64,000 nt of DNA from the human T2T-CHM13v2.0 reference genome, Homo sapiens, in assembly GCF_009914755.1 (NCBI RefSeq), contig NC_060939.1; one strand, written 5' to 3'. This document shows, piece by piece, positions 37,582 through 63,719 of this stretch; the first letter of the stretch is position 1, and each line of letters starts with the position of its first letter. A program made the position numbers and the translations under genes. The notes under the pieces are model-generated. The model did not search any database. It was not told the DNA's origin and was given only the letters and a program-made list of their open reading frames with translations.

Positions 37582-37964
37582 TTAGGTTAATCTCTTTCCT
37601 TTGTTGCATTAGGAGGTGAAAAAAATTTTTAGATGGGTTAGATTTCCCTCAAAAATATTTCTAGTGATAAGATGTTCAAATAGTATATTGAGGTCTAATG
37701 CTAGATCAAAAAGTCAGTTGCTAAGACACTTGATGTCACAAACTGTTAACCATCCTGGCATTTTAAGCTTTTGAGAAATGTAAAATAATTCTTCTCCACT
37801 AAAATGTTTGAGGCTTTTGCTTTAGTTTATAGACTGGTTTATTATACAGTTTATTTGTAAATTTGGCTCATCATAGAATGTATTAGTAAATTTGTCCATA
37901 GGCAGAAGCCAGAGAGTTTAGTTTTTAAAAGTTTTATCTGTAAAGTGTGGATTTTTGTTTGGTT

Positions 37965-39500
<1,536 letters not shown>

Positions 39501-39785
39501 AAGAGTTTTATTACTAGCTGGATTATGATGTTAGCCCGTTGTGTATCTTCTATATCTTATGTTAGGATTCTTTTCTCCCATCTTCCCGCATCTTCATCTT
39601 TTCTTCCCCACAGCATATTCTTGGAGAGAAAGGAGTAGGCAGGAGTTTGCTATTTGAAGGCAAGTAGGGAGAGAGATGTGGGGAGGCTGGTCAAAAGAGG
39701 AAACTCAAGTTTAAAGCAATGAAACACCAACACTAACTTCTTTTTCGAAGTTGCTGATGGCTTTGTGTTTAGTAATCCAGATTAG

Positions 39786-40131
<346 letters not shown>

Positions 40132-40175
40132 ACAGATAGGTTTTTAAAATGTAGATTAAAAAAACCTTTGTGTCT

Positions 40176-40941
<766 letters not shown>

Positions 40942-40987
40942 CTATAACTGATTCTAGAGAAAAGAGATTGTTGTTTAAGTAGAATTC

Positions 40988-41328
<341 letters not shown>

Positions 41329-41429
41329 CTACTATTTACTTAACTGAAACTTAACGAGTCCATTTTTTCCTTTCTCTTCCTTCCCTTTCTCTTCAGTGGA
41401 TCTGTTTCTTCCCTTTAAAAAATAGGTTG

Positions 41430-41566
41430 AGTTGGGCATGGTAGTATAGACCTGTAATTCCAGCTATTCAGGGAGGCTGAAGCAGGAGGATCACTTGATG
41501 CCAGGAGTTTGAGACCAGTCTGGGCAACATAGGGAGACCCCCATCTCTCTCACACACACACACACA
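41430..41566 (+). mobile_element. FLAM with (CA)n-derived tail
   Basis: Alu monomer followed by cacacacaca. Confidence 0.75.
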
Positions 41567-42368
41567 GACAGAGTAGGTATTTCTGAGAAAGTTGAACCTA
41601 AAACCTACTCCCCAGTAGATATTTTTTATGCTGTGTGAGAGTAAGGAAGCTTAGAAAATGGCCTAAAACCACTTTTTCTCAAACTTGGAACTTTGCATAC
41701 AATATTTATGGGCCTCTTGGGCAAAACTATAGACGTAATTTTGCCTGAATCTATTTGGATTATTTTTCAAGTAGTTAATGTGAGGGAGAAAGGCAGAAAT
41801 GGTCATCTCTTCCAAGGCCAATTTTTTCTAGAACTTCCTTCCTGACTTAAGATTTCTCTGTGTTATTTTCTCTCATCATCATATGGAACTTCAGCTCTGT
41901 AACACTGAAATAGGATTTAAATATTGTCACCTTTCAAATTTCTGTGCACTACACTATATTTTTATATTTTACATTCATTATATTTTAATCAGTGCATCCA
42001 AAGTTTTCATTGTTCAACCTAAACTTGATTGTCTAGTGATATTCCGTATCTTGCTGATGCTTAATGCACCAACCACTCAAATGCTGAGGCTGAAACAGAG
42101 AATCATCTTAGACTCTCCTTTTCACTTATTCAGAAGTCCCATGTCCTGTGGATGATTCTTCTTTTTAACAATATCCACCCTCCTTCTCTCCATCCCCACT
42201 TTCTCTGCCTTAGTTGGACCTTAACACTTTTTACCTGCATCATTCCAGGTTGGTCCCCTGGCTTCTGGTCTAGCATCTCTCCAGTCCATTCTCTACATTG
42301 CTGCCAGGTGATCTTTCTAAACATTCTGGATTAAATTCATATAACATTGTAGATTAAATTCCAGTTCC

Positions 42369-42612
42369 AGTGAGAACACATGGACACAGGGAGGGGAACA
42401 TCACACACTGGGGCCTGTCAGCGGGTGGGGGGCAAGGGGAGGGAGAGCATTAGGACAATTACCTAATCCATCTGAGGCTTAAAACCTAGATGACGGGTTG
42501 ATAGGTGCAGCAAACCACCGTGGGACGTGTATACCTATGTAACAAACCTGCACGTTCTGCACATGTATCCCAGAACTTAAAGTAAAATTTAAAAAATTTA
42601 AAAATAAATTTA
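42369..42612 (+). mobile_element. 5'-truncated L1PA 3'UTR inserted into an L2 (42040-42360)
   Basis: gagaacacatggacacagggaggggaacatcacacac...aacaaacctgcacgttctgcacatgtatcccagaacttaaagt; TSD AAATTCCAGT. Confidence 0.9.
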
Positions 42613-42859
42613 AAAATTCCAGTCTCTTAATTTTAAGACACACAGCTCTTCAGAATTCCATCCCAGTCTGTTTTTTGTTGTTGCTTTTTTTTTTTTTTTT
42701 TTTCTAATTTCATCTACCATTCCTTCTTTATTTCAGCCATACCAAAGTATGGCAGTTCCCTAGACATGCCATGGGGGTTCATACTTTCTGTTGTTTCATA
42801 TAATTGTACCTTTGTGTATATATACTTTTTTCTCTGCTTAGAACACCTTTCCCTGCCTT

Positions 42860-43172
42860 TTTGTTTGTTTTTTGCTTTTTTTTTTTTTTTTAAACGGAGC
42901 CTCCCTCTGTTGCCCAGGCTGAAGTGCAGTGGCGTGATCTCGGCTCACTGCAACCTCCACCTCTGGGTTCAAACGTTTCTCCTGCTTCAGCCTCCTGAGT
43001 AGCTGGGATTACAGGCGCCCTGCCACCATGCCCGGCTAATTTTTGTATTGTTAGTAGAGACGGGGTTTCACTGTATTGGCCAGGCTGGTCTTGAACTCCT
43101 GACCTTGAGTGATCCACCCACCTCAGCCTCCCAAAGTGCTAGGATTACAGGCGTAAGCCACCACGCTCAGCC
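42860..43172 (-). mobile_element. AluS
   Basis: TSD CTGCCTTTTT. Confidence 0.9.
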
Positions 43173-43486
43173 TCTCTGCCTTTTTAAATCAAAAACTAGT
43201 TCTATTTTAAGAAGCAATCAAAGTTTTACTCTGATGAGTTTTTGTTTCCCAGAACCTCATATATGTTTGTGTCATAGTATTTATCACACCATACAATATG
43301 ATCGAATTCTTTTCCACCTAGATTGGAAGATCTTTTTGAAGGCAAGTCTTGTGTTGTCTTTGCCTTAGGCTACACGTTACTTAGCACAACCCCTGGTAGT
43401 AGCTGTTCCATAAGTGCTCCTTGACTGACTCTCATTTATGTTAAAAAGAAAAAAAATCCATACAGCAGAAAATTTTTCAACTTTGA

Positions 43487-43800
<314 letters not shown>

Positions 43801-44626
43801 TTAAGTAATAATCGTTAAAACCAAAGCCCAGCAAAATAAAATAATTTGAAAGGACTTCAGGGCTGTAATATAATTTGATGTGCTTTATAGGTTTGAAAGT
43901 TTTTGCTAAGCAGATTTATGCAGAATGTGATTAAAATAATTTTTTGGCTCACAGTGTCAACCAGACAAATGATGTTGAGGTTAGTTGCTAGGCTGGTTCT
44001 CCTTCCTTTATGTTGAAACAACAGGCAGCATTCATTTTAGCTGATGATGAAGACCTGGTTTCTCCTACAGCCTTATCTGAAATGCCTTTCCAAAGCCAGC
44101 AGTGACTGTCAGGCTGTCCAGAGTTCTTTCAACAGGAAAACCAGGACTCATCCCTTCTCTTAACTCCTCTAAGCTGTCAGCAAGCGAACCCCTTTTTACC
44201 AATCTAGCATGAAAGCCATGAGCCAGGAATACAGGGCAGGTACATTGATTGTTAAAGGGCGTTTGGTTTTCAGTCTCTGGATTCCAAGTCAGTGCTTTCT
44301 CCTCTGCTGTCAGACCATCAAGTTGTAGGTAGGTGTTGTGCTGCATGTTTCAAGATGGCCCATAGATGCTGGACAATTCCAGAAAGCAATGGTTTCCCTA
44401 TTATGAGAAAACTGTGTACCTGTCATTTCTGCCATTCTGTTAAGCAGGTAAAAGAGATTAAGACTTGCTATTTAGCAAGATTAAATGAGACTAGTACCCC
44501 ACTTCTTTCTTGAAGCCGTTGTGTCTCTCCTGTCTGTACATTTAGACCTTTCTTTTGCAACCAGATCTACTTGTTAAAAGGTGGGGAATGGGGTTGGCAT
44601 GATGAGAAGAGTATGCAGTATACAGG

Positions 44627-44927
<301 letters not shown>

Positions 44928-44929
44928 AG

Positions 44930-46690
<1,761 letters not shown>

Positions 46691-47079
46691 TAGTCATGGT
46701 GTTAATATTGGACTTACTCAACTTTAGACAGTGAGAATAAGATCCACATGATCTAGATGTTTGGATTTTTTGGTTTTCTGGATATTTGAGAGCCTTATCT
46801 TTGTAGGTCTCTGCATGCATGTTAGGATGACATAATTGAAGTAAACCATGAATATAAAGTGGATGAATACAGTTGCAATAATAATTCTATGTAGAATTGA
46901 CATGGCAGATGGGAAACAAGGCTGCTTTGCCCTCTGGGCTTTTGAAAAATTGGAAAGTAGGCCCTGTGCTCTAAAGAATGATAAAATCTGGCTCTGGCTC
47001 ATAAGAAGTACTTCCTAAAACCAGGTTACTCAGGAGGATGATGGAATTACCTCTAGCCATTTGTAAAGCCACTTACCAC

Positions 47080-47330
47080 TTTTTTTTTTTTGGACAGGTA
47101 TTTTGTTAGTGAGTCCCCACCAGTGTACCAGGCACTGTTTTAGTGCTTGGGATACATCAGTGAACAAAACAGTAAAACAAATAAACAAACAAAAAAACTC
47201 CCTGTTTAAATTACATTCTAGTGGGGGGAATACATAATAAATATTAAGCATGAAAATACTGATTTTTTATTAGTGGTGAGAAGGGCTCTGGAGAAAAATG
47301 AGGCAAAGCAGGAGGACGGGGGTGTAGAGA
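47080..47330 (-). mobile_element. L2 3' end
   Basis: ccaggcactgttttagtgcttgggatacatcagtgaacaaaaca. Confidence 0.75.
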
Positions 47331-47907
47331 AATATATTGATTTTAATACCCTTGTAGATTACTTTTTGATTAACACTGGAAAGTCATCATAAACCAAATA
47401 GCAGGAAAAAGTACTAATTCATAATTAATTATTCAATGATGACCCTTTGATGAGGATTATCTCAAGTTTACATATGTATTCCCCAGTGATTCTTTTCTCC
47501 AACTGAATTGTCTAATTTGCAAGGAATTTTTTAGAAGAAATGGTTCCAAGCAAGCTATGCTGCGATCCCTCAACCACAAAAGATCTAATTTTCATAGAAA
47601 AATATTTGAATTTTTTCAACAGTTACAAACACAAAGTAGGAAACAAAGGTCCTAGCCTTACCAAGTTGCATAATTTCTCATTTTACCATCTCACTTAGGA
47701 ATGGTCAATATTATGTTTGAGAACAGTAAAGCAAAGGAAATAAAAAAGGTGCCACTTTTGAATAATTTTACTCGTGTACACTCTAACAAAATGTGAGATG
47801 CCAAAGAAACAACACTACACCAGATGGCTATTAAATCAAATGCTTTTCTTTACAAGTCGATGAATCAATAGACTCTAGTGAATGTGCTCAGTTAATAGAA
47901 CTGCTTA

Positions 47908-48215
47908 GGCTGGGCTAGGTGGCTCATGTCTGTAATCCTAACACTTTGGGAGCCTCTGGTAGGCAGATTGCTGGAGCCTAGGAATTCAAGACCAGCCTGG
48001 ACAACATGGCAAAACCCATCTCTACAAAAGACAAACAAAAACAAAAATTACTTGGGCATAGTAGTATGTGCCTATATTCCCAGCTACTTGGGAGGCTAAA
48101 GTAGGACTTGAGCTCAGGAGGTTGAGGCTGCAGTGAGCTGTGATCTTGTCACTGCACTTTAGCCTGGGCAACAGAACAAGATCCTGTCTTTAAAAAAAAG
48201 AAAGAAAGAATAATA
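47908..48215 (+). mobile_element. AluJ
   Basis: TSD AACTGCTTA. Confidence 0.9.
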
Positions 48216-48571
48216 AACTGCTTACAGCCCTTGAAGAGAAATTCTTAGAGAGTTATTTGTTCTGCATATATGTCAAAACAACCTACTTGAGATGAAATAT
48301 TCAAAATTATAAATGAAATCTTTTAAAAAAGATGATACAGAAATCTTTCTTCTGTTCATGTAGTGGTAATGCTGGTGCAAAGATGGGTATATGGATATAA
48401 AGGCTTCATGTCAAGAGTTCACCTGAAAACCCTGAAATTTAGGCACATGAATTTTTTTTATTCCGTTTTGCATAGGAGAAATTCAGTTTTGCCTGTAGGT
48501 CTAAATTCCACATTAAATTTTATTTTCAAAATGGTGAATCTAATAATAATAAGTACTTAAAAATAAAATAG

Positions 48572-49088
<517 letters not shown>

Positions 49089-49139
49089 CGTGTGTGTGTG
49101 TGTGAGTGAGAGAGAGAGGGAGACAGGGAGAAAGAAAGA

Positions 49140-54240
<5,101 letters not shown>

Positions 54241-54241
54241 C

Positions 54242-55340
<1,099 letters not shown>

Positions 55341-55418
55341 AAAACCTGAAGATTCAGTGAAGTATAGAAAACAGAAATCACCCATAATCCTACATGTAGC
55401 AATAACGCAATAACTACC

Positions 55419-55859
55419 TTTTTTTTTTTTTTAGTTGGAGACAGGGTCTCTCTCTGTTGCCCAGGCTGAGTACAGTGGCATGATCACAGCTCACTGCAGC
55501 TTCAGCTTCCCAGGCTCAAGTAATCCTCCTTTCTTAGCCTCCCAAGTAGCTGGGACCACAGGCACACACACCACACCTGGCCAATTTTTTTTTTTTATTA
55601 TTTGTAGAGAAAATGTCTTGCTATGTTGCTCAGGCTGGTCTCAAACTCCTGGGCTCAAACAGTCCTCTTGCCTTGGTCTCCCAAAGTGCTGGGAGTACAG
55701 GCGTGAGCCACTACTCTTGGGTAATTTTAAAATTTTTTTATAGAGACTGGAGCCTGGCAATGTTGCCCAGGCTGGTCTCGAACACCTGGTCTCAAGTGAT
55801 CTTCCCGCCTCAGCTTCCCCAAGTGCTAGGATTACAGGCATGAACCACTGCTCCTGGCC
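55419..55859 (-). mobile_element. AluJ plus FLAM/left-arm monomer, followed by MIR to ~56010
   Basis: Reverse Alu sequences; downstream cattttatagatgaagaaacc. Confidence 0.8.
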
Positions 55860-57099
55860 AGCACTTATTTTAAATGCCAGCCATTATTCTAAATGCTTCA
55901 TATATATATATTAGTTTATTTAACCCTCATGACAATCAGATATTATCTATTTGCATTTTATAGATGAAGAAACCAAATGAAAGGTTAAATAAGTGATCAG
56001 TTTCCCAACCCTAATTAAAAATTTAACAGAAATTATTGCCCTTCCCTCCTAGCCACTAAATACTTAGCACTGCTTTACTAGTCTTTCACATAATGCCAGT
56101 GTATTTAGTCTGTTTGTAATCTGTTAACACCATGTTGACCAGTTCTTGGTTGTTATATACAGTGTTTACCTTCCGATTTTTAGCCTCTGTAATACAGTTA
56201 CAGCATTACCTAGGTTTATTGAGTTTTTTTATAGTTACTAGATTTAGTGTATACTTAGTTATCAGTATTTGAGGGAATTTCAAAATATTATTTATATCCT
56301 ATCTGCTTTTTAAAAGGATTTAATGCCATTTATAATAAATAAGTCATACAATGAACTTTTCAACATTAAAGATTAAAAACCGTAAAGAGGAACCAGGATA
56401 ATTATATCCAAAATGTAAGCTCATTTAGTAATAACAAGTTAATATTAAATTTAGTTCTTCTTTCTGACATTTTTGGTAAGAATGAGATTCTTGGTTTTGG
56501 AGATAGCACAGACTATTAGTTTGAAATTATGGGATTTGGTATGTCACATATTATTCAGAATGCTAAAATATCTGCCACTGAGCAAACCTGAAATGTAATT
56601 CTTTTTTCTTATTCTTCTTTTTTTTTTTTTGACAACTTCTGATACCAAAAAAATGTGTAATTCTTTACATACCTTCTAATAGTAGATGGTCAGATTTTTT
56701 GTACGTGCAGTGATTTCAAAGAACATTGAAAAATAATCAGGAACTGGTTCAGTTTGCACAAATTTACTCTTCTACTCCTTCTTCTGCACCCACTAAAAAT
56801 TGTGAAACTGTGCAGGTGTAATAAATATATTGTGTGTAGGCTGAAGTATGATACAGAGTGTGAAACTGAAATATTTAGTCCAAATTTTTATTCAGCAATG
56901 AATAAAAATTCCCAGGGCAATGAATAATTCTATCGAGGGCTGAAATTAGTGGTGGGGATTGGTGGAAAGAGAGATGGAGCTCATTTTATGAAGTCTCATA
57001 AATTTGGCATGAATCTTATAATCAGTGAAGAGCTATTAAAGACTTTTTGATCAGGGTAGTGTCATGAAATTGAATTTTAGGAATTTTTTAGGAAGCTGA

Positions 57100-57409
<310 letters not shown>

Positions 57410-57689
57410 GAAAGATTTTCTTAAAGGAGGAGATACCAGGAAATCACTTTATAGTCTATTGGTGTATATCATACATAGACTATTGCTTTTTGGTTTGTTA
57501 TTTACTACTGTAATTCAAGGTGTAAGTAGCCCCAGCTTAATATAGTTTCTCATAAATTTTCATTCTTAACCTCTCCCAAGAAGCTCACCATACTTAACTC
57601 TCCATTATTGCTGTACCTTTTTTGTTCTCCAAATTGTAATACGTACATTTCTCTACCTGTCACCCTTTGATTTCCCCTTCCCTTGCCAT

Positions 57690-57910
57690 CTCTTGCCACC
57701 CCTACCCGGGTTCCAATCCTGGTTCTGCTTACCATGTAACTGTGGCAGTTTACTTTATCTCTCAAAGCCTCAATTTCCTCATCTATACAATGTGAATAAT
57801 AGTTTCAGCTTCATAGGGTGGTTGGGAGAGTTATTAGGTAAATATATGGAATACTCTTAAAATAATGCTTGGCACTTAATAAGTACTATATAAGTATTGT
57901 TACTGTTGTC
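57690..57910 (+). mobile_element. MIR
   Basis: gggttccaatcctggttctg...gcctcaatttcctcatctata...cttcatagggtggttgggag. Confidence 0.8.
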
Positions 57911-59468
57911 TGGCTCATATTTATTTTTCTGATCTTAGCTTAGAGTTTATATCTTCCTTCTGGGAAGTCCTTTCTGCCCAAAGCTGAGTTACATATTCCT
58001 CTTTGTGTTGCCACAGATTCCTGTGCCTCCCTTGCCATGTTGTATTGTCATAGCCTAATTGTTTCATTGCCACAAGTTCTTTTTCTGCTTCCATCACATC
58101 ATCACATCCTTCTTGATTGGCAAATAGTAACTACTCAATAAATATTTGTTGTTTAGCACATACATACAGTTCAAACAGAAAACTAAAATAGACTAAAGTA
58201 TGAGGAAATCTTGGTATTGGAACTTAACTATTGAGGTTTATTTCAAAGAATTTTATTTTGCAGCTTCTTTTGTATAGCTTTGAAACTCTAAAATATTTCC
58301 TTTTTTTTTTTTTAGTTGCCATTTCCTTTGAGTCAGCAGGCCTTTTATCTGGACCTTGACCCAAGAAGTTATGATTTTTCTCACTGTTTCACTCTATCTC
58401 CCAGTCTGAAATAGAGCATTGCACTTTTTAGTGTCTGAGAGATATCATGCCTTTGCAGTTAAATTCTCTTCTGTGGCTTTGGCTGGAATGTGAGTAAATT
58501 TCCAGAGAGGATACATAATTCCCAGGCTGAACTCTAACCTTGTGAACTATTTTAATGTGTGGCCTCATAAATGTAAATTTTTTAAATTTTAGACCAAGGA
58601 GGTGCTTGTTGTTCTGCCTTAATTGCAACTTCTATTTAGAAAGAAAGGATCTCTTGGCTTTAAGATAGAATCAAGAGGTGATAGTAGTGAGACTCAAGTC
58701 CTGAAGATAAAAACAGAAAGGGCCAAAAGCTCACCTCTTGGTTAATCAGGCAGGTGTGGAGGTTATGGAAATCCTCAAAGATAAAAAGTGCCTGATGGCA
58801 GCAACCAAGGGGAAAGGAAGATTGGCTGAGCCCCTGGGGTGTGTAGCAAGGAGACCATTGGTAGCCAAGTTGGAATCTGAGAAGCGGCCCTGTAGCTGAA
58901 CACTAGAAAAGCCTTTGCGTGAGGTATTCCCAATTCTAACATTTATTTATCACCTTCTGTGTACCAGGTTCTGTGATCATTGTTAGGAGGAATGAAATAA
59001 TGACATAGCCTTCTAGAGAACCTCAGTATCCAGCAGGAAAGATGGGCATATAATGAATAATTATATTAATAACTTTAATAAGATCCCCTACCACCTATAA
59101 ACTCCATGAGAACATAGAACATGTCTGTTTTGTGTCTAGCACTGAGTGGTCGCTCAATAAGTATTTATTGAATAAATGAATTTGTTTAGCCCTTTCTAGT
59201 TTACTATGTGCCTTCACAGATATCTCGTTTAATATTCTACCTTCCTTTTCTATTCACCCACTTTGTGATGTAAGCAAGATAAATAATAGTATCCGTAGCA
59301 ATAATAGTATAAGACAATAAACTGAGTTAAATAGAAGTTAAAATGATAAACAGAGAAGGGAGTAAAATAGGAGCTTTTGTAGCTACATCTTAATCAGATG
59401 AGTTGTTATACCTCTGTCCAGTATCTAGAGTAATTACATACTTACCACCCTTCCTCTTGTCTCTCTGG

Positions 59469-59757
59469 GTTTTTTTTGAGACTGAGTCTCGCTCTGTCAC
59501 CACGCTAGAGTGCAGTGGCACAATCTCAGCTCACTGAAAACTCCACCTCCCAGGTTCAAGTGATTCTCCTGCCTCAGCCTCCCGAGTAGCTGGGACTACA
59601 GGTGCATGCCACCACACCTGGCTAATTTTTTTGTATTTTTAGTAGAGATGGGGTTTCACCATGTTGGCCTGGATGGTCTTGATCTCTTGACCTCGTGATC
59701 TGCCCGCCTCGGCCTCCCAAAGTGCTGGGACTACAGGTGTGAGCCACCACACCCAGC
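59469..59757 (-). mobile_element. AluSc-like
   Basis: TSD GTCTCTCTGG. Confidence 0.9.
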
Positions 59758-60319
59758 GTCTCTCTGGTTTTTTAATTTGTTTTTTTTTTTCCCCCCGCAG
59801 AAGATCCTTTGGTTTTCTACTAGATGTTATTCCATCTAGATAGTGTTTATTTATTGTTCATAGTCATCTCTTACCCAGGGAATTCCTTATTTTGTATTCC
59901 TGAAATCGAAATATTCTTTCATACTCATTATTTAGATGCTAAGAGAAAACTTGGGGACCGCTCTTCCCAACAAGATTGTCTCAAATTTTGTGCCCATCTG
60001 TGTGCATTCACGCACATGAGCATGTGTGTGGAGGAGAAGAGGAAAAGAACAGAGATGGAAAAGATTTTGAAGTGGGATGCTTGGCAAGAGGAGTAAATAG
60101 ATGATAATTATGAAGAAGAAATTGGCAGGATTTCTTAACTGACTAGATTATGGGAACAAGGAGTAGAGAAACAGGTCAAAGTTGGCTGAAGTCCATAGAA
60201 TGTATATTTTAATTTAAGTGCTAAATTTCCTCCATACATTTTTCATGAACTTTGAAAAATTTGTTGGCTTTATACGAACCTGTGAACTTCAGTGAGAAAA
60301 ACAGCATCTTTATATTTTT

Positions 60320-60780
60320 GAGCATAGTCTCAATGTCATTAATTCTTCTGCTTAAAAATCCTCAAATGACTTGCCAAATTAGGATAAAATCTAAATTCTG
60401 TTACCAAGGCCCCAAATTTCTACGTATCTGACTGCAACTGCCTACTTAAACTGATCTTACCATTATTCCCATTCATATACCACCCACATAGGCTTTATAT
60501 CTGCTCTTACTTAAGAGTTTTTATACTTCCTGGTCCCTCATCCTGGTTGTTCCTCCCCAGTACTCAGCTTATTCAGTTATCAGCTCTTCCATACTCCTTT
60601 ATCTAACGTGGTACCCTCAGTGACTTGTTATCTAACCTATTACTTTGTTTTGTTTTATTTTTATAACAGCACTTACTACTTTCTGATATTGTCATCTTGT
60701 TTGTCAGTTTTTCTCTTCTAGAGAAATCTTTGTGAGGGCAGGTTCTTGGCTCTCTACTGATTACTTGAGTCTCCATTGCC
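60320..60780 (+). mobile_element. L2 fragment
   Basis: ctgcttaaaaatcctcaaatgactt...aggataaaatctaaa...tgtgagggcagg. Confidence 0.6.
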
Positions 60781-60939
60781 CAGCCTTCTTGTTGTATCAG
60801 TTTTAATATAGCAAACCAAAATAGGATCTTAATTTTAAAAAATAGTAATGCTACTTAAGATTTGATTACTCTTAAGACCTAGTGTTTCTGTATGCTAACT
60901 CCCTTTTTATAATGTAAAATGAATTATTCTCTCATAATA

Positions 60940-61108
60940 TTTTTCTTTCTTTTCTTTTCTTTTTCTTTTTTTTTTTTTTTTTTAAATGATTTAGATGGGG
61001 TCTGCCTGTGTTGGCCCAGGCTAGCCACGAACTCCTGGGCACAGGCAATCCTCTTGCCTCAGCCTCCTAAAGTGCTGGGATTACAGGTGTGAGCCACCAT
61101 GCCTGGGC
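60940..61108 (-). mobile_element. FLAM_C
   Basis: Monomer with long T tail; TSD TCTCATAATA. Confidence 0.85.
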
Positions 61109-62282
61109 AGTCTCATAATAATTTTCATTCCTGACTTTTTTTCAGATCTAGTCTCTAGAAAGAAACTTGTGCATACCAAGACAGTATGGCCAAAAACCTA
61201 TCCTGGCAAGTGTTAATGCTATGTTTCCACTCCTGAACACCAGGAACTGAACATTGTTGTGTTTGGGTATTGTGAGTATGGAAGTCATTCAATTATTTTT
61301 CAAAGCGGGCTTAGTACATGATGTTTTGTTAAGCTACCTTGAGAACTGGAGTTTGTGTTTAAGTTTCAGTGAGATAAGGGTAGACCTCCTAATGCCTGTG
61401 AAAATTTTGATATATTTTATAATGTACCACCTGACATCATAATGTACTGCCTGACATCCAAATCATCTTTTTGAGTTTTATAAATCTCCAAACTTCAAAA
61501 CTAGTAGATGCTGGTATAAAACCTAATAATTTCAGTTCAATCTTTACATTCTCCAGGGTCCACTTTTCATTCTCTTAAGTACAAGCCTATTTCTCAGTTT
61601 GGCATAGTGCCAAGAACATTGATAAATGTTGGCCCCAAAATGATTGTCAAAGTTCTGTTCACTTAAATTCACTGTAATTAGTAAGAATAGTTATCATTTA
61701 TTTTGGGTGCCTTCAAAGTAGACTGTGCTAGGCAACAATTTCTCTTGATAATCTCACAATAGCCTTGGCATTTGAAGAAACTTTGGCCTAGAAACATTTA
61801 TGCCCCCAAGATCACACAACTAGAAAGAAGCAGAAGTTGATTTATCTCCTAAATCTATGTGACTTCAAAGCTGGTCATCCTACCACTATGCCTGGTTGCC
61901 TATATCATTTAATGTGATGAAGGCACTAATGTGACACCCACACCGGGCTCAATTTATTAGTAATCCTTCTATATCACAGCCACACAAGTGCTTAGAGTTC
62001 CTGGCTGAGATCAGTCTATATAATTATATTACACTTCTCAAGTTTAGTAGTGCTAGACAAATAGGAAGGGAGTTTTACATTCTTTGTTTATTTGCAATAA
62101 TTTCATGATTGTCGTAATTAAACTATAGCCCGAGTTTAAAGAAGAAGCCAGCCAAAAAAAAAAAAATTAACTCATACATTCATCCCTAAACAATCAAATC
62201 TCAGTAAAAATTTTAATATTAGCAGCAAGTTCTTTTTATTTTCTAGCAGCAGCTTCTTAAGAGAGAGGAAAAGAGGGTAAGC

Positions 62283-62286
<4 letters not shown>

Positions 62287-62313
<27 letters not shown>

Positions 62314-62314
62314 T
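62287..62314. repeat. (GT)14 microsatellite
   Basis: Direct read. Confidence 0.95.
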
Positions 62315-62403
62315 CTAGGAGAGGGGGAGAGCACATATGTCAACTAAGAGGTGAGTTTACTTCTGAAGTCCAATTGTCTAACGTATGGAGGGAGGATAAC
62401 CTC

Positions 62404-63213
62404 CAGGCTTGGTGGTGCACACCTGTAGTTCCAGCTACTTGGGAGGCTGAAGTGGAAAGATCACTTGAGCCTGGGGGTCAAGGCTGCAGTGAGCCATGAT
62501 CACGCCACTGCACTCCAGCCTGGGCAATGGAGCAAGACCCTGTCTCAAAAAATAAAAACTAAAAAATTTTAGTCTGGGCATGGTGGCTCACACCTGTAAT
62601 CCCAGCACTTTGGGAGGCCAAGGTAGGAGGATCACGTGAGCCTAAGAGTTCAAGACAAGCCTGGGGAACATGGTAAAATCCCATCTCTACAAAATATACA
62701 GAAATTAGCCAGGTGTGGTGGCATATGCCTGTAGTCCCAGCTCCTCGGGAGGCTGAGGTGGGAGGATTGATGGAACCCAGCAAATCGAGGCTGCAGTGAG
62801 CCATGATCGCATCACTGCACTCCAGCCTGGGTGGTGGAACAAAACCCTGCCTCAAAAAAAAAAAAATAATTGAAAATAACTGAAAATTTAAAAGATTGGC
62901 GGGGCGCAGTAGCTCACGCCTGTAATCCCGGCACTTGGGGAGGCCGAGGTGGGTGGATTACCTGAAGGTCGGGAGTTCGAGGCCAGCCTGACCAACATGG
63001 AGAAACCCTGTCTCTATGAAAAACAAAATTTAGCCGGGCATGGTGGCGCATGCCTGTAATCCCAGCTACTCAGGAGGCTGAGGCAGGAGAATAGCTTGAA
63101 CCTAGGAGGCAGAAGTTGCGGTGAGCCAAGATCGCGCCATTGTTCCAGCCTGGGCAACGAGAGCGAAACTCTGTCTCAAAACAAAACAAAACAAAACAAA
63201 ACAAAACAAAAAA
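62404..63213 (+). mobile_element. Tandem Alu right arm, AluJ (62573-62870) and AluSp (62898-63213)
   Basis: Alu sequence; (CAAAA)n tail. Confidence 0.85.
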
Positions 63214-63272
63214 ACCCATATATATATAATATATATGTAATCCCTCCCAAAGTGGTGGGATTACAGGCGTGA

Positions 63273-63719
<447 letters not shown>

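Noticed and set aside
59765-59810. Strong acceptor TTTTTTTTTTTCCCCCCGCAG at 59800
   Set aside because: No convincing donor downstream, and it sits in a T-rich Alu target site.
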